A stretch of 64,000 bases of DNA from a virus (IMGVR_UViG_2915650412_000004:11383-75382); one strand, 5' to 3'. Counted from the stretch's first letter, positions 10,115-19,978 are shown. The notes: generated from the letters alone by a model not told the origin. Program-made: numbers and translations.

Positions 10115-10428
10115 GTCATCCCGAACAATGCTGGGTTTGCCAGAGACACGTCGTCGGCCTCGGAGTGCAGGCAGACCGCGAGCCTATCCGCTGGCTGTGC
10201 AAGGAATGCGCCGACATTGCCGAGCATATTCGGCATCGGCGTCGGTTAGACCCTTACGAACTGCGCGCTCTTGATACCGGCGTCGAGGCGGTTGGTTCAT
10301 ACCTTCAAGAGTTGGGAAAGACCGACCTTAAGGAAATGGACGAACTCGAAGCGCGCATGCTTGTCAAAGCCGCGTGGGAAGGATGCGGGCGAGGGATGCG
10401 CGGAGCGTTAAAGGAGGCGCCTTTCTGA
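10111..10428 (+). CDS. Hypothetical Zn-finger phage protein
   Basis: CWVC...CKEC; overlapping ATGA coupling. Confidence 0.7.
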   Translation: MSHPEQCWVCQRHVVGLGVQADREPIRWLCKECADIAEHIRHRRRLDPYELRALDTGVEAVGSYLQELGKTDLKEMDELEARMLVKAAWEGCGRGMRGALKEAPF

Positions 10429-11135
10429 TGAACGATAACAGCCGCGGCCTTGTGATCCTGCTATGCAATCTCACGGACGCCATGGCCACGCCGTGGGCCG
10501 ACAATGGCTATGACGTCCTGATGGTTGATCCTCAGCACGGCATGACACATCAAGAAGGGCGAATTACGCGGTTTGCTGGAACGGTGCTGGAAGCAGCGCC
10601 GCTTCTGGCGCATCACATTCGTCGAACGAAGATCGTCTTCGTGGCAGGCTTCCCGCCATGCACGGACGTCGCGGTCAGCGGCGCCAGATGGTGGGCGGAA
10701 AAGAGGGCGAAGGATCCATATTTTCAGGCAAAAGCAGCCATAGTTGCCGAGCAATGTCGGATGACATGCCTTCTATCAGGAGCTCCGGGATTCTTTGAAA
10801 ACCCTGTTTCGGCATTCAGCAAGGTATTCGGTACGCCTTCGCATACGTTCCACCCATATGACTACGCCGGTATTTGCCTCGACGACAACTATGTGAAGAA
10901 AACCTGCCTTTGGGCGTTCAATGGATACAAAATGCCTGCGCCGCAGCCCGACCAATCACTAGGAAAGCCAGACAACCGTATCTGGACTGCGCCTCCTGGG
11001 CCGGAACGCGCCAACATTCGAAGCGCGTTCCCACGAGGGTTTTCAATAGCAAACTATTTGGCGAACGCGCCTCATCTGCGAGCCGCCAACGATAACGATC
11101 TCAGCAGGCCTGACGCCGCTCTTCTAGCGAGTTGA
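10428..11135 (+). CDS. Short C5-cytosine methyltransferase (Dcm-like)
   Basis: FPPCT catalytic PC motif, FFENPV, KKTCLW. Confidence 0.75.
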   Translation: MNDNSRGLVILLCNLTDAMATPWADNGYDVLMVDPQHGMTHQEGRITRFAGTVLEAAPLLAHHIRRTKIVFVAGFPPCTDVAVSGARWWAEKRAKDPYFQAKAAIVAEQCRMTCLLSGAPGFFENPVSAFSKVFGTPSHTFHPYDYAGICLDDNYVKKTCLWAFNGYKMPAPQPDQSLGKPDNRIWTAPPGPERANIRSAFPRGFSIANYLANAPHLRAANDNDLSRPDAALLAS

Positions 11136-11310
11136 GCAAATCGCTCAGTTCCTTGGCATCGCGGTAGTTCATTCCTACCGCCTGCCGTACGCCCATTTCG
11201 ACTGGCTTTTGAACTTGCTGATCTAACACTGACCAGGTGTCGTTAATTCCGTTTGACGCTTTGTATCGTCCGCCGATGTACCGCCCACCCTTCAATGTTG
11301 ATCTGCTCAT
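11101..11310 (-). CDS. Hypothetical protein (antisense)
   Basis: 69-aa ORF filling the gap between Dcm and HNH. Confidence 0.45.
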   Translation of the reverse strand: MSRSTLKGGRYIGGRYKASNGINDTWSVLDQQVQKPVEMGVRQAVGMNYRDAKELSDLLNSLEERRQAC

Positions 11311-11345
11311 CCCAGTCCTTTCAAGGTTCGAATCGATTGAAATCT

Positions 11346-11822
11346 ATGATTACAGACATGGTTAACACATCGCAAGTTGCTGCCGTCGCAACGGACCCCA
11401 TGCTCGACATCGCCCTGTCCTACACGGCGCGCATATCGGACTTGCCGTGGAACAAGCGACCGAGGCACGCGTACAGATGTTCCCGCACGAGCGATACGGT
11501 AACACTGGGCAAGGTAAAATGTGCCAACGGCACGATCCAATATAAAGCGTTTTGCGCTGAGTGCGGCGGGAAGGGCTCGCCATTCTCGCATCAAGAAATA
11601 GCTGATCTTGATGATGGAAAAATACCGGTCATTGTCGATCATGCGTCTGTACCGTGCGAACGTTGCGGCAGCACAAATGGAACCGAACAGCATCACTGGG
11701 CTCCGTGGCACTTGTTCGATGACGCTCACGCTTGGCCAACCAGCTACCTTTGCCGACCGTGCCATCAGGAATGGCACGTGAAAGTCACCCCGAATATGTA
11801 TTCACATAAGGCAGCAGCATGA
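11346..11822 (+). CDS. HNH-like Zn-binding endonuclease
   Basis: CAECG, CERCG...HHWAP...LCRPCHQEWH. Confidence 0.65.
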   Translation: MITDMVNTSQVAAVATDPMLDIALSYTARISDLPWNKRPRHAYRCSRTSDTVTLGKVKCANGTIQYKAFCAECGGKGSPFSHQEIADLDDGKIPVIVDHASVPCERCGSTNGTEQHHWAPWHLFDDAHAWPTSYLCRPCHQEWHVKVTPNMYSHKAAA

Positions 11823-14173
11823 CGACCACACCGACAGAAGTCACCCAGACCAAGGATCCTATGCTCGAACTTGCTTTATCCTACGCCGCCAAGGGCTGGC
11901 CAGTTTTTCCGTGCCGTCCAAGCGACCATTACGACCCAGATACAGGGGAAGTTTTCCCAGAAAAAGGCCCTCTGATCTCGAACGGGTTTAAGGGCGCGAC
12001 GCTAAACGAACGCATTATCCGTGAATTATGGAAGCGCAATCCAGGCGCACTGATCGGCATACCGACAGGCGAGCGATCCGGTTTCTGGGTGCTGGATGTC
12101 GATGTGCCGCCCAAGCATGAAGATGGCAGGCCATGGCTGGAAGCGCAGATTACCAAGCATGGCCCATTAGAAACTAAACAGGCTGAAACAGGCAGTGGAG
12201 GAATTCACTTCCTGTTTTCGCACGAGCATGGCATCCGCAACTCGGACGTTGCCGTAGGTGTTGAAACACGCGGTGACGGCGGGTATTTCATTGCTCCTGG
12301 CAGCGTGATGGAAGATGGTCGGGCGTATAAATGGCTGAACGACGTGCCCATTTCGGCGGCCCCACAATGGCTATTGGATGCACTGGTAAAACCCAAGCAT
12401 GTTCCTGTTGCGCATGTCGATCGTCAACTGGAAGATGCGGAAGCGGCTGAAGTCGACGAACTTCTGTCTTACGTAAGCCCGGACTGCGCATACCCTGAGT
12501 GGGTTTCAGTTCTTATGGCCGTGCATTCGGCGCTCGGGTCTGATGGGCTGTCTGTTGCTGACGCGTGGAGTTCACGCGGTAAAAAGTATCGTGCCGGAGA
12601 GGTCGCCAAGAAATGGAAAGGTTTTACCAATAATGGCGGTGTAAATCTTGGATCGCTTGCTGAACTTGCTCGGCAGGGTGGCGCTAATCTATCCGAAATT
12701 TCCAGACGTCATCGTCCTTTTCAGGATAATGACAATACGCCATATATCGACGCCACAAAGATGATCGCGTCGGCTCTGCAAAAGGCCAATGGCGTGATTG
12801 CGCCGGCAATTGAGCCAACAGAGCTGTCAGAGGACATCGTGTTGGCACATGCCGCCGCGCCAGACGATGATGCAAATGTTACAATATTCAAGACGCCAGA
12901 TGCGCTTAACAATGTCCCCGGATTGGTTGGCGATATCGCGAACTGGCTCACGGAAACGGCGCGCAACCCATCACCAGTTCTGAACCTTGGCGCGGCGTTG
13001 ACTTATGTCGGGGCGCTAGCAGGCCGTCGCTACGAAGGGCCAACCGGGTTGCGGACGAATGTCTATGTCATCGGTCTGGCACCGTCTGGATTCGGGAAGG
13101 AGCATCCGCGTGCTGGTATCAAGTCGTTGGCTGGTGCGAGCCAGACGCTCGGTAAATTCTTCGGTGGCAACAAGATCGCGTCTTCGTCAGGGCTGCGAAA
13201 TCGCGTGAAGGCGAATCCGACGCTTGTCTATATGATCGACGAGTTCGGCGGATTTATGCGCAAGGTGACGTCAGCTAAGTCGGGGAACCACGAGAAGGAA
13301 ATAGCTGAAGATTTGCTTGAAATGACCGGAACGGCAGGGTCTGTCTTCATGGGTGCCGACTATGCCCAGAACCTGGCAGAGCCGATCTATAACCCGAATG
13401 TCTGCATATTTGGAACTTCGACACCCGATGCATTCTGGAAAGCATTGGGCAGTGGGTCAATCATGGATGGCTTCCTACCACGATTTATCGTGCTCGACGC
13501 CGGCAGTGAACGGCCTAAGCCGCGTGACCCTAAAAAGAGGGTGAGCGCACCGCCGAAGGATCTGCAGGATAGGATTCAATCGCTCGTTGTGCATAGAAAC
13601 GGTGGCAATCTGAATGGCATGACAGCAGATGGCAGTACGTCGATAACGCCAATCCAAGTTGCCTGGGGACGCGGGTCCAAGCGCGTGTTCGATGATTTCG
13701 TGACAGAAATGTTCAATGTCATGGATAAAGCTGTCAGCGATCATGAGCCCGTCTATGCGCGCGTGGCTGAAAACGCTATGCGCATTGCAACTATTGTGGC
13801 GGTTGGCGTCGACCCAGAGCGGCCAGAATTAACTGCGGATATCATGCGGTGGGCCGTTGAAATCGCCCGACGGTCTTGCCAGATGCTCTTGGAACAGGCC
13901 GAGCGTTATGTGGCAGACAATGACAGGCAGGCGGAATATAAACGTGTCAGGGCCATTATTGGCGAGGGCAAGCGATCCGGCATGAAGCGCAGTTACCTCA
14001 CCAAGAGGTTGAATGGCGTCATCGACAGGAGACGTCTTGATGACATCGTGAACATGCTGATCGACGCCGAAGAAGTCGTGGACGTAATCGTCACGCCTCC
14101 TAACGGCGGCAAGAAATCCAGCGTGCTTTACTTGTTCAGATACGCCCCTCAAGCTGATCAGAAAGCCGCCTAG
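11819..14173 (+). CDS. Bifunctional primase-polymerase with PriCT_2 and C-terminal helicase (DUF3987-like)
   Basis: GWPVFPC, IGIPTG...VLDVD, TGSGGIH, YPEWVSVLMAVH, APSGFGKE, DEFG. Confidence 0.9.
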   Translation: MTTTPTEVTQTKDPMLELALSYAAKGWPVFPCRPSDHYDPDTGEVFPEKGPLISNGFKGATLNERIIRELWKRNPGALIGIPTGERSGFWVLDVDVPPKHEDGRPWLEAQITKHGPLETKQAETGSGGIHFLFSHEHGIRNSDVAVGVETRGDGGYFIAPGSVMEDGRAYKWLNDVPISAAPQWLLDALVKPKHVPVAHVDRQLEDAEAAEVDELLSYVSPDCAYPEWVSVLMAVHSALGSDGLSVADAWSSRGKKYRAGEVAKKWKGFTNNGGVNLGSLAELARQGGANLSEISRRHRPFQDNDNTPYIDATKMIASALQKANGVIAPAIEPTELSEDIVLAHAAAPDDDANVTIFKTPDALNNVPGLVGDIANWLTETARNPSPVLNLGAALTYVGALAGRRYEGPTGLRTNVYVIGLAPSGFGKEHPRAGIKSLAGASQTLGKFFGGNKIASSSGLRNRVKANPTLVYMIDEFGGFMRKVTSAKSGNHEKEIAEDLLEMTGTAGSVFMGADYAQNLAEPIYNPNVCIFGTSTPDAFWKALGSGSIMDGFLPRFIVLDAGSERPKPRDPKKRVSAPPKDLQDRIQSLVVHRNGGNLNGMTADGSTSITPIQVAWGRGSKRVFDDFVTEMFNVMDKAVSDHEPVYARVAENAMRIATIVAVGVDPERPELTADIMRWAVEIARRSCQMLLEQAERYVADNDRQAEYKRVRAIIGEGKRSGMKRSYLTKRLNGVIDRRRLDDIVNMLIDAEEVVDVIVTPPNGGKKSSVLYLFRYAPQADQKAA

Positions 14174-14182
14174 ATGGTCAGA

Positions 14183-14460
14183 GCGATGGGAAATCGATAG
14201 GAAAAAAACAGGCCGAAAAATTTCCTACCGCTCCGAAAAAGGGGTCGATAGGAAATTTCGATTGCCTATCGCTCGAAAAAAAGACAAATTAAATCAATGG
14301 CTTGGAGCGGTAGGAAATCGCGTTTTTCCTATCGATAATGGCAAAAAGTATAACTATTACAATATCTTACCTATTTCTATATATCGATAGGAAATAAAAA
14401 TAACAAAACTATATAAATAAGCCTCAAAAACGAGGGGGTACTACATATAGTTTCCTATCG
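14183..14460. repeat. Probable helper replication origin: about 9 copies of CGATAGGAAA/CGGTAGGAAA in both orientations, AT-rich, with IHF site
   Basis: Copies at ~14183, 14195, 14221(rc), 14246, 14262(rc), 14308, 14325(rc), 14385, 14451(rc); AATCAATGGCTTG at ~14292; directly after primase. Confidence 0.7.
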
Positions 14461-14589
14461 CTGCCCGTGCGCGGGAACCCAAAATATTCGCCGCGCTGCC
14501 TGTCCATTAACACCACATTTATTGAGGCATTCCACATTCCTCTTGCCGCTACCAACGGCACACCGCAATCAACACGAGGAGAAAAACAG

Positions 14590-15096
14590 ATGCGTGACAT
14601 CTGGTTCATTAGTGACACCCACTTTGGGCATCAGAAAATCATCCCATACTGCCGACCGAAATTCTCCAGCCTCGAAGGGATGGAGCAAACCATCATCGAC
14701 AACTGGAATGCTCACGTTAAGCCGCAGGACCTTGTTTATCACCTTGGTGATTTCGCATGGACGCCGAAAGATGCCAACCGTGTGCGGCCTAAGTTGAACG
14801 GTGCCATTCGATTGATCGTCGGCAACCACGATGACATTCCTGCACTGTGTTCCGCAGGGATGTTCCAGCGAGTGCAAATGTGGCGTCAGTTCGCGGAGAT
14901 TGGCGTTACAGCTTCACACGTGCCGATGAGGCAGGAGCAAATCAGGCACGGCGCAAAGAATGTTCATGGCCATGTCCACGGCAAGATTGATGGGCTGAAC
15001 GATTTCCACTTTGATGTATCTGTAGAAAGCACGGACTACAGGCCAGTTCACTACGACGTTATTGCTGCTTGGGCAGGCATCTCTCATGCCGCGTAA
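14590..15096 (+). CDS. Calcineurin-like metallophosphoesterase
   Basis: SDTHFGH, HLGD, GNHD, HGHVH; ACACGAGGAG RBS. Confidence 0.9.
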   Translation: MRDIWFISDTHFGHQKIIPYCRPKFSSLEGMEQTIIDNWNAHVKPQDLVYHLGDFAWTPKDANRVRPKLNGAIRLIVGNHDDIPALCSAGMFQRVQMWRQFAEIGVTASHVPMRQEQIRHGAKNVHGHVHGKIDGLNDFHFDVSVESTDYRPVHYDVIAAWAGISHAA

Positions 15097-15601
15097 GCCA
15101 CGCAGCCGCACACGCGCGCCTTCGTCTATGACCGCCACCACCACACAGATCACGCGCATCAACGGCGCCCGCGTCAAGATCACCACCAAGGCTGGTAAGG
15201 TGACGACCAAGCCAGCCCTGCCGCTCGAATGGGAATTGCAAGCAGCACAGGTTTCCGCATTGCGCCGACTGCCACAGTATCAACGTCAGTTCCTGCTGGC
15301 CGGTGACATGAACGCCAGCAAAAGAGGCCCACGGGCACAGGCCCAGGCAATCGCAACGGGAATGACCAGCGGCGAACCCGACCTCCGCATCTATGGCGAA
15401 TACGGCCGACTACTACTGATCGAGAACAAGGTTGGGCAGGGAAGGCTATCGCCGGCCCAGAAAGACCGCCATGCGGCCCTGGAGCGGCTTGGCTACACGG
15501 TTCTGGTCATTCGGGCCACCACAACGACAGAAGCCGCTGAGAATGCCGTTACGGCGGTTCTGGGGTGGCTTGCAGAAACGGACGCCGCCAAGGCCGCCTA
15601 A
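15086..15601 (+). CDS. VRR-NUC domain nuclease
   Basis: GEPDLRI...IENKVGQGRLSPAQKDRHAALERLGY. Confidence 0.85.
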   Translation: MPRKPRSRTRAPSSMTATTTQITRINGARVKITTKAGKVTTKPALPLEWELQAAQVSALRRLPQYQRQFLLAGDMNASKRGPRAQAQAIATGMTSGEPDLRIYGEYGRLLLIENKVGQGRLSPAQKDRHAALERLGYTVLVIRATTTTEAAENAVTAVLGWLAETDAAKAA

Positions 15602-15630
15602 CCAACCAAACCAAAACACGAGGATGACAT

Positions 15631-16731
15631 ATGAGAATTCAAAAAGCTGGTGATATTTACCTGAATGAAGTTGGCTCACCCGTTCGAACGTATCAGCGTT
15701 CCTTTGAGTATCGAGATATTTCGGATGGCAAACTGAAAGCCGTTGATGATCTGATGCTGGAAATTGACGCACATCAGTTCGTCAACGAGATCAGTGCGCG
15801 TAGGATCGGATTTGTTGATGGGCATTCCCGACAATACGACGCTTCCAACGATAATTCGCAGGAGTCGTTGAACGAGTATCACCCACGAATGAAGGGTGAT
15901 CACGAATATCGAACCGACACCAGGTTTGAACGCGATGAAAACGGGAAGTATACGCTTTGTGCGGTGGTGCCGACAAAAGAAGATGAAAAGCCGAAAATTA
16001 TCCGCACACCTGAAGATCGAGCATCTGGTCGGGATTTCTTTACAACCAAGACAGCCAAAGCAGAGCGGTTGCGTTCCCGAATGCGAAAGAAAATCGAAAA
16101 ACGCCAATCCATTGGTGATCCGAACTGCGTTCAATCGCGCGATGAGGACTTCCCGCTCCTTGCGGTTCTGCGCAGGGATAAGCGTGCCGATCTGATTGCA
16201 GCAGTTTTACAGTATCGTCAGTTGGTGGCGTTGTGCGAATCCGAGCCTCTGAAGGGCCAGAGCTATGGCGGGGCTGATGGCTCGGCTACGGTGTTTTATT
16301 CAAACTTTGAAGATGGGGAACTGGTTCACTCATCGAAGGCGCGGCGGTCTAAATCCGCTTACGATATTCCTGCGGTTCGTATTCGAGCGTCAATTATCAA
16401 CGATCGAGGGGAGCAGGTGTCAGGTCGAACAGAGAGTATGCACGTCAAGTTAAACGAGGATACGCTTGCTGACTATATCGACAAAAAGCCCGTTCTGGCG
16501 CGTATCAGGTCAGCTTTGGGCGCATTGCTAGACCCGGTTGAAGACGCCGTTCTCGGTGGGCAGACGTTGGGTGCTATTGGTGAGCTAGATGGGCACTCTG
16601 GTCGAGTCGCCGAGATTTCAGGAAAGGCCCTTGTTTATCGCGGACTTACTGTTCTGGAGGGGTTTATGGGGAACATGAATTTGCTGCCTGCAAATAATAA
16701 CCATTTGACGAATAACAAGAAAATAGCCTGA
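15631..16731 (+). CDS. Hypothetical protein; candidate late transcription regulator by position
   Basis: Last early-region ORF before tRNA/packaging genes; possible C-terminal HTH (GQTLGAIGELDG); function inferred. Confidence 0.55.
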   Translation: MRIQKAGDIYLNEVGSPVRTYQRSFEYRDISDGKLKAVDDLMLEIDAHQFVNEISARRIGFVDGHSRQYDASNDNSQESLNEYHPRMKGDHEYRTDTRFERDENGKYTLCAVVPTKEDEKPKIIRTPEDRASGRDFFTTKTAKAERLRSRMRKKIEKRQSIGDPNCVQSRDEDFPLLAVLRRDKRADLIAAVLQYRQLVALCESEPLKGQSYGGADGSATVFYSNFEDGELVHSSKARRSKSAYDIPAVRIRASIINDRGEQVSGRTESMHVKLNEDTLADYIDKKPVLARIRSALGALLDPVEDAVLGGQTLGAIGELDGHSGRVAEISGKALVYRGLTVLEGFMGNMNLLPANNNHLTNNKKIA

Positions 16732-16784
16732 CCGTCGGTAACACGCACTCAAGTCACCTATGGGTGAGAAGACATCAAAAGATT

Positions 16785-16808
16785 GGCCCGCCGTGTGCGG
16801 GCCTTTTC
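16785..16808 (+). terminator. Intrinsic terminator
   Basis: GGCCCGC-cgtgt-GCGGGCC then TTTTC. Confidence 0.6.
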
Positions 16809-16927
16809 GTTGGGCGTTCTATGCCCCCCGGTCCTCGACCGGGTAACTATTCCAGCGCCGTTTCTCCTCCGGCTGCTGGTTCGGCGGGTTGAGCCTATTG
16901 CGGTAGGCTCCCCGCCACCCGAAATCA

Positions 16928-17004
16928 TGCGGAGTGGAGAAGTGGTCATCTCGTCTGGCTCATAACCAGAAGATCGTGGGTTCGAATCCCACCTGCCGCA
17001 ACCA
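16928..17004 (+). tRNA. tRNA-Met(CAT), fMet-like body
   Basis: Anticodon arm TCTGG-CTCATAA-CCAGA, T arm GTGGG-TTCGAAT-CCCAC, encoded CCA; one extra base in acceptor 3' strand. Confidence 0.85.
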
Positions 17005-17116
17005 ATCGACCTGTTCCAGGGCTTGGCCCGCGAGATCGCCTTTGCGGTCGCAGGTCATAACAATCAACAAAACCTGACACGCCTCTGCTCGCAAGCGCAC
17101 CCGTCGGGTTACTTAC

Positions 17117-17320
17117 GTGAGGCTCGCAATGTTTGGATTGCTTGGTAACGTCGCTCAGATATCGGTCGACACGGTAATGCTTCCAGTCACTGTTACGCTG
17201 GATGTCGCTACGCTTGGTGGCGAGCTGACTGAACGGGATGAGCCCTACACCGTCACTCGCGTCAAGAGCATCGGCAAGAACTTGGAAGGTGTACTCACCC
17301 CCAATCTAGATGTCCGCTGA
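17117..17320 (+). CDS. Small hypothetical protein
   Basis: Coupled to downstream HNH; start uncertain. Confidence 0.55.
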   Translation: MRLAMFGLLGNVAQISVDTVMLPVTVTLDVATLGGELTERDEPYTVTRVKSIGKNLEGVLTPNLDVR

Positions 17321-17600
17321 CCAGCGCCGATGGAAGGGCTGGTACAAACTGGCCCGATGGGAGCGCAGACGGCAAGAGCTATTCGCAAAGCAGCCGCTGT
17401 GCGTCAAATGCCTTGAGCGTGAAGAGGTGACGGTCGCCGACACGGCTGACCACGTGGTTCCTCATCGTGGAGACCCAGACCTATTCTGGCATGGCGAGCT
17501 TCAACCCCTATGCGCCTCATGTCACAGCCGCCTGAAACAGCGCGAAGAGCTTGGACAGACGGTGGTGACATTCGATGTGTCAGGATGGCCGGTCAACTGA
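17310..17600 (+). CDS. Packaging-associated HNH endonuclease (HK97 gp74-like)
   Basis: PLCVKC...DHVVPHRGD...LQPLCASCH, immediately before terS. Confidence 0.9.
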   Translation: MSADQRRWKGWYKLARWERRRQELFAKQPLCVKCLEREEVTVADTADHVVPHRGDPDLFWHGELQPLCASCHSRLKQREELGQTVVTFDVSGWPVN

Positions 17601-17670
17601 CCACCCGGGGGCATCGAAAAGTCCAGAGACGCGGCAGCCCCGGACCGGCGGGGACCGACAGCGCACGCAT
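17598..17670 (+). promoter_or_regulatory. Probable helper cos/packaging region
   Basis: GC-rich intergenic between HNH and terS, the usual cos position in HK97-like phages; similar to satellite 25057-25135. Confidence 0.5.
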
Positions 17671-17708
17671 CTGCAATTCAAAACATGACCCCATAAGGAT
17701 TTCATTCC

Positions 17709-18095
17709 ATGGCAAAGCCGAGAAATCCCCTCGGCAAAGCAAAGGTCGAGGGTCGCGACAAAATCAATGCCGGTCGGTACAAAAACCGCGCCGAACCGGC
17801 CGCAAACGGCCCTCTTGGGGCTCCTCCCGTTTGGTTGAAGGACAGCGCTGAGATCAAAGCGAAGTCAGCCTGGAAGCTTTTCGCCAAAGAGCTGCCGTGG
17901 CTGAATGAATCGCATCGAACACTGGTCGGAATGGCCTCGACTATTCAGGGACGCATCATGGCCGGGCAGGAGGTAGGCGTGCAGGCGATGAATTTGCTTC
18001 GCCAGATGCTTGGCCAGATGGGCGCTACGCCTGCCGATGCCTCCAAGGTGGCGACACCTGACGAGGGCGAGGAAAAGGATGATTTGCTTGACTGA
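17709..18095 (+). CDS. terS: Terminase small subunit
   Basis: Position before terL; PPVWL...W; MGATPADASKV. Confidence 0.75.
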   Translation: MAKPRNPLGKAKVEGRDKINAGRYKNRAEPAANGPLGAPPVWLKDSAEIKAKSAWKLFAKELPWLNESHRTLVGMASTIQGRIMAGQEVGVQAMNLLRQMLGQMGATPADASKVATPDEGEEKDDLLD

Positions 18096-19950
18096 TATGC
18101 CTGCGCTTGAGCGTGTGAGCGCTTATGCGCAAGCCGTCATTGATGGCAGAGAAGTTGCCGGCCCTCACGTTCGTAATGCCTGCCGCCGCCATTTCGACGA
18201 TCTCGAACACGGTCACGAGCGCGGCCTGTATTGGGATGACGACGCAGCCGACCGCGTGTTTCGGTTCTTTGAAGGGCGTCTCAAGCTTTCTGAAGGTCAG
18301 TTTGAAGGCAAGCCATTCAAGCTGCACGCCTCACAGGCTTTCAAGCTGGGTTCTCTCTTTGGCTGGAAACGTGCCGACGGTTCGCGCCGTTTTAGGCGCG
18401 CCTACATCGAGGAGGGCAAGGGTAATGGCAAGTCTCCGTTTGCTGGCGGTGTCGGTCTGTACGGGCTGATCGCGGACAAGGAAGCTGGCGCGCAGATTTA
18501 TGCCGCCGCTGCCAAGAAAGAACAGGCTGGGATTCTGTTTCAGGACGCCGTGAAAATGGTTCGCGCGGCTCCGGCGCTGGTCGAACGACTGAAGTTCAGC
18601 GGCGGTATCGGGCGCGAGTTCAATATCGCGCATCACAAGTCGCAATCGTTTTTTCGCCCGATCTCGAAGGATTCCGGCAAGTCTGGCTCTGGTCCGCGAC
18701 CGCATTTTGCGCTCTGCGACGAGGTGCACGAGCATCCCGACCGCTCGACGATGGAAATGCTTGAGCGCGGCTTTAAGTTTCGTCGTCAGCCGCTGCTGCT
18801 GATGATTACGAACTCGGGCAGCGACAGAAACAGCATTTGCTGGGAAGAACACGAGCATGCCGTCAAGGTAGCTGCTGGTACGCAAACGCCAGATGACGAT
18901 TTTACCTATGTCGGCGAGGTGATCGACGACACGACATTTTCCTATGTCTGCGCGCTGGACAAGGGCGACCATCCGCTCAAGGACGAAACCTGCTGGAAGA
19001 AGGCTAACCCGCTTCTGGGCGTTATCTTGACGCAGGAATATCTGGCCGGCGTTGTTGCTCAGGCAAAGCAGATGCCGGGCAAGCTGAACGGCATTCTTCG
19101 GCTGCACTTCTGCTGCTGGACCGATGCCGACAAGGCATGGATGCCGCGCGAGACCGTCGAAAGCGTAATGGACGATTTCGATCCTGAAGTCGAACACGCT
19201 GACAAACCCGTTTTCATGGGCGTCGACCTGTCCGGTAGCAAGGATATGACTGTGCTCGCGTGCGTTGTTCCTACTGGCTTCAAGGAAATGGAGCGGGAAG
19301 ACGGATCTACCGTCAATCTGCCGACGTTTGATGCGTGGGTGGAGGCTTGGACGCCAGCTGATACGCTGGAAGCGCGAGAACAGGCTGACAAGGCGCCATA
19401 TGCGCTTTGGGTAAAACAGGGGTGGTTGAATGCTCCGCCCGGCAAGCGAATTAGATATGATTTCGTGGCATCGCGGGTCCAGCAACTCGATCAGGCGTTC
19501 GATATCAAGGCCATCGCCTATGACCGCTATGCCTACGACAAGTTCCGCGAGGAAGTCGAAGCGCTCGGGTTGGACATTGAACATGTCGCGCACCCACAGG
19601 GCGGCAAGGTTCGGGCTCGGCCTGAGCCTGCGAAGGTAGAGGCTGCAAAAGCCGCTGGCTTACCGCCGCCGCAAGGCTTGTGGATGCCGGGCTCGGTTCT
19701 GGCGCTCGAAGACATGATCATCGACGGTCGCATTCGCATGCGCCGCAGTCCGGTGCTTATGACCGCCCTGATGGGTGCCACCTTCGATCATGACCCGCAA
19801 GATAACCGGTGGTTCGTGAAGACGAAGGCGTCAGTGCGCATCGACGCTGCTGTCGCTTTGGCAATGGCGGTTGGTGTGGCGATGGATACACCGATCGAGC
19901 CAGCCGACATCGACGACTTCGTCAACAACATGATCACTATAATTTACTAA
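18079..19950 (+). CDS. terL: Terminase large subunit; C-terminus supplied by the satellite att junction
   Basis: EGKGNGKS Walker A, CDEVHEH Walker B, GVDLSGSKD, RIDAAVA. Confidence 0.95.
   Translation: MICLTDMPALERVSAYAQAVIDGREVAGPHVRNACRRHFDDLEHGHERGLYWDDDAADRVFRFFEGRLKLSEGQFEGKPFKLHASQAFKLGSLFGWKRADGSRRFRRAYIEEGKGNGKSPFAGGVGLYGLIADKEAGAQIYAAAAKKEQAGILFQDAVKMVRAAPALVERLKFSGGIGREFNIAHHKSQSFFRPISKDSGKSGSGPRPHFALCDEVHEHPDRSTMEMLERGFKFRRQPLLLMITNSGSDRNSICWEEHEHAVKVAAGTQTPDDDFTYVGEVIDDTTFSYVCALDKGDHPLKDETCWKKANPLLGVILTQEYLAGVVAQAKQMPGKLNGILRLHFCCWTDADKAWMPRETVESVMDDFDPEVEHADKPVFMGVDLSGSKDMTVLACVVPTGFKEMEREDGSTVNLPTFDAWVEAWTPADTLEAREQADKAPYALWVKQGWLNAPPGKRIRYDFVASRVQQLDQAFDIKAIAYDRYAYDKFREEVEALGLDIEHVAHPQGGKVRARPEPAKVEAAKAAGLPPPQGLWMPGSVLALEDMIIDGRIRMRRSPVLMTALMGATFDHDPQDNRWFVKTKASVRIDAAVALAMAVGVAMDTPIEPADIDDFVNNMITIIY
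19922..19942 (+). repeat. Left att junction TCAACAACATGATCACtATAA
   Basis: 16-bp exact match plus ATAA, shared with 35952-35972. Confidence 0.9.
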
Positions 19951-19978
19951 GCTTAAAACTAGTAAGAAAATCAAATAG

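Noticed and set aside
14183-14460. Repeats as a CRISPR array
   Set aside because: 10-bp units in both orientations with irregular spacing fit iterons
18079-19950. terL as a pseudogene disrupted by the insertion
   Set aside because: Frame intact with ATPase and nuclease motifs; only the last two residues differ (IY vs TW)
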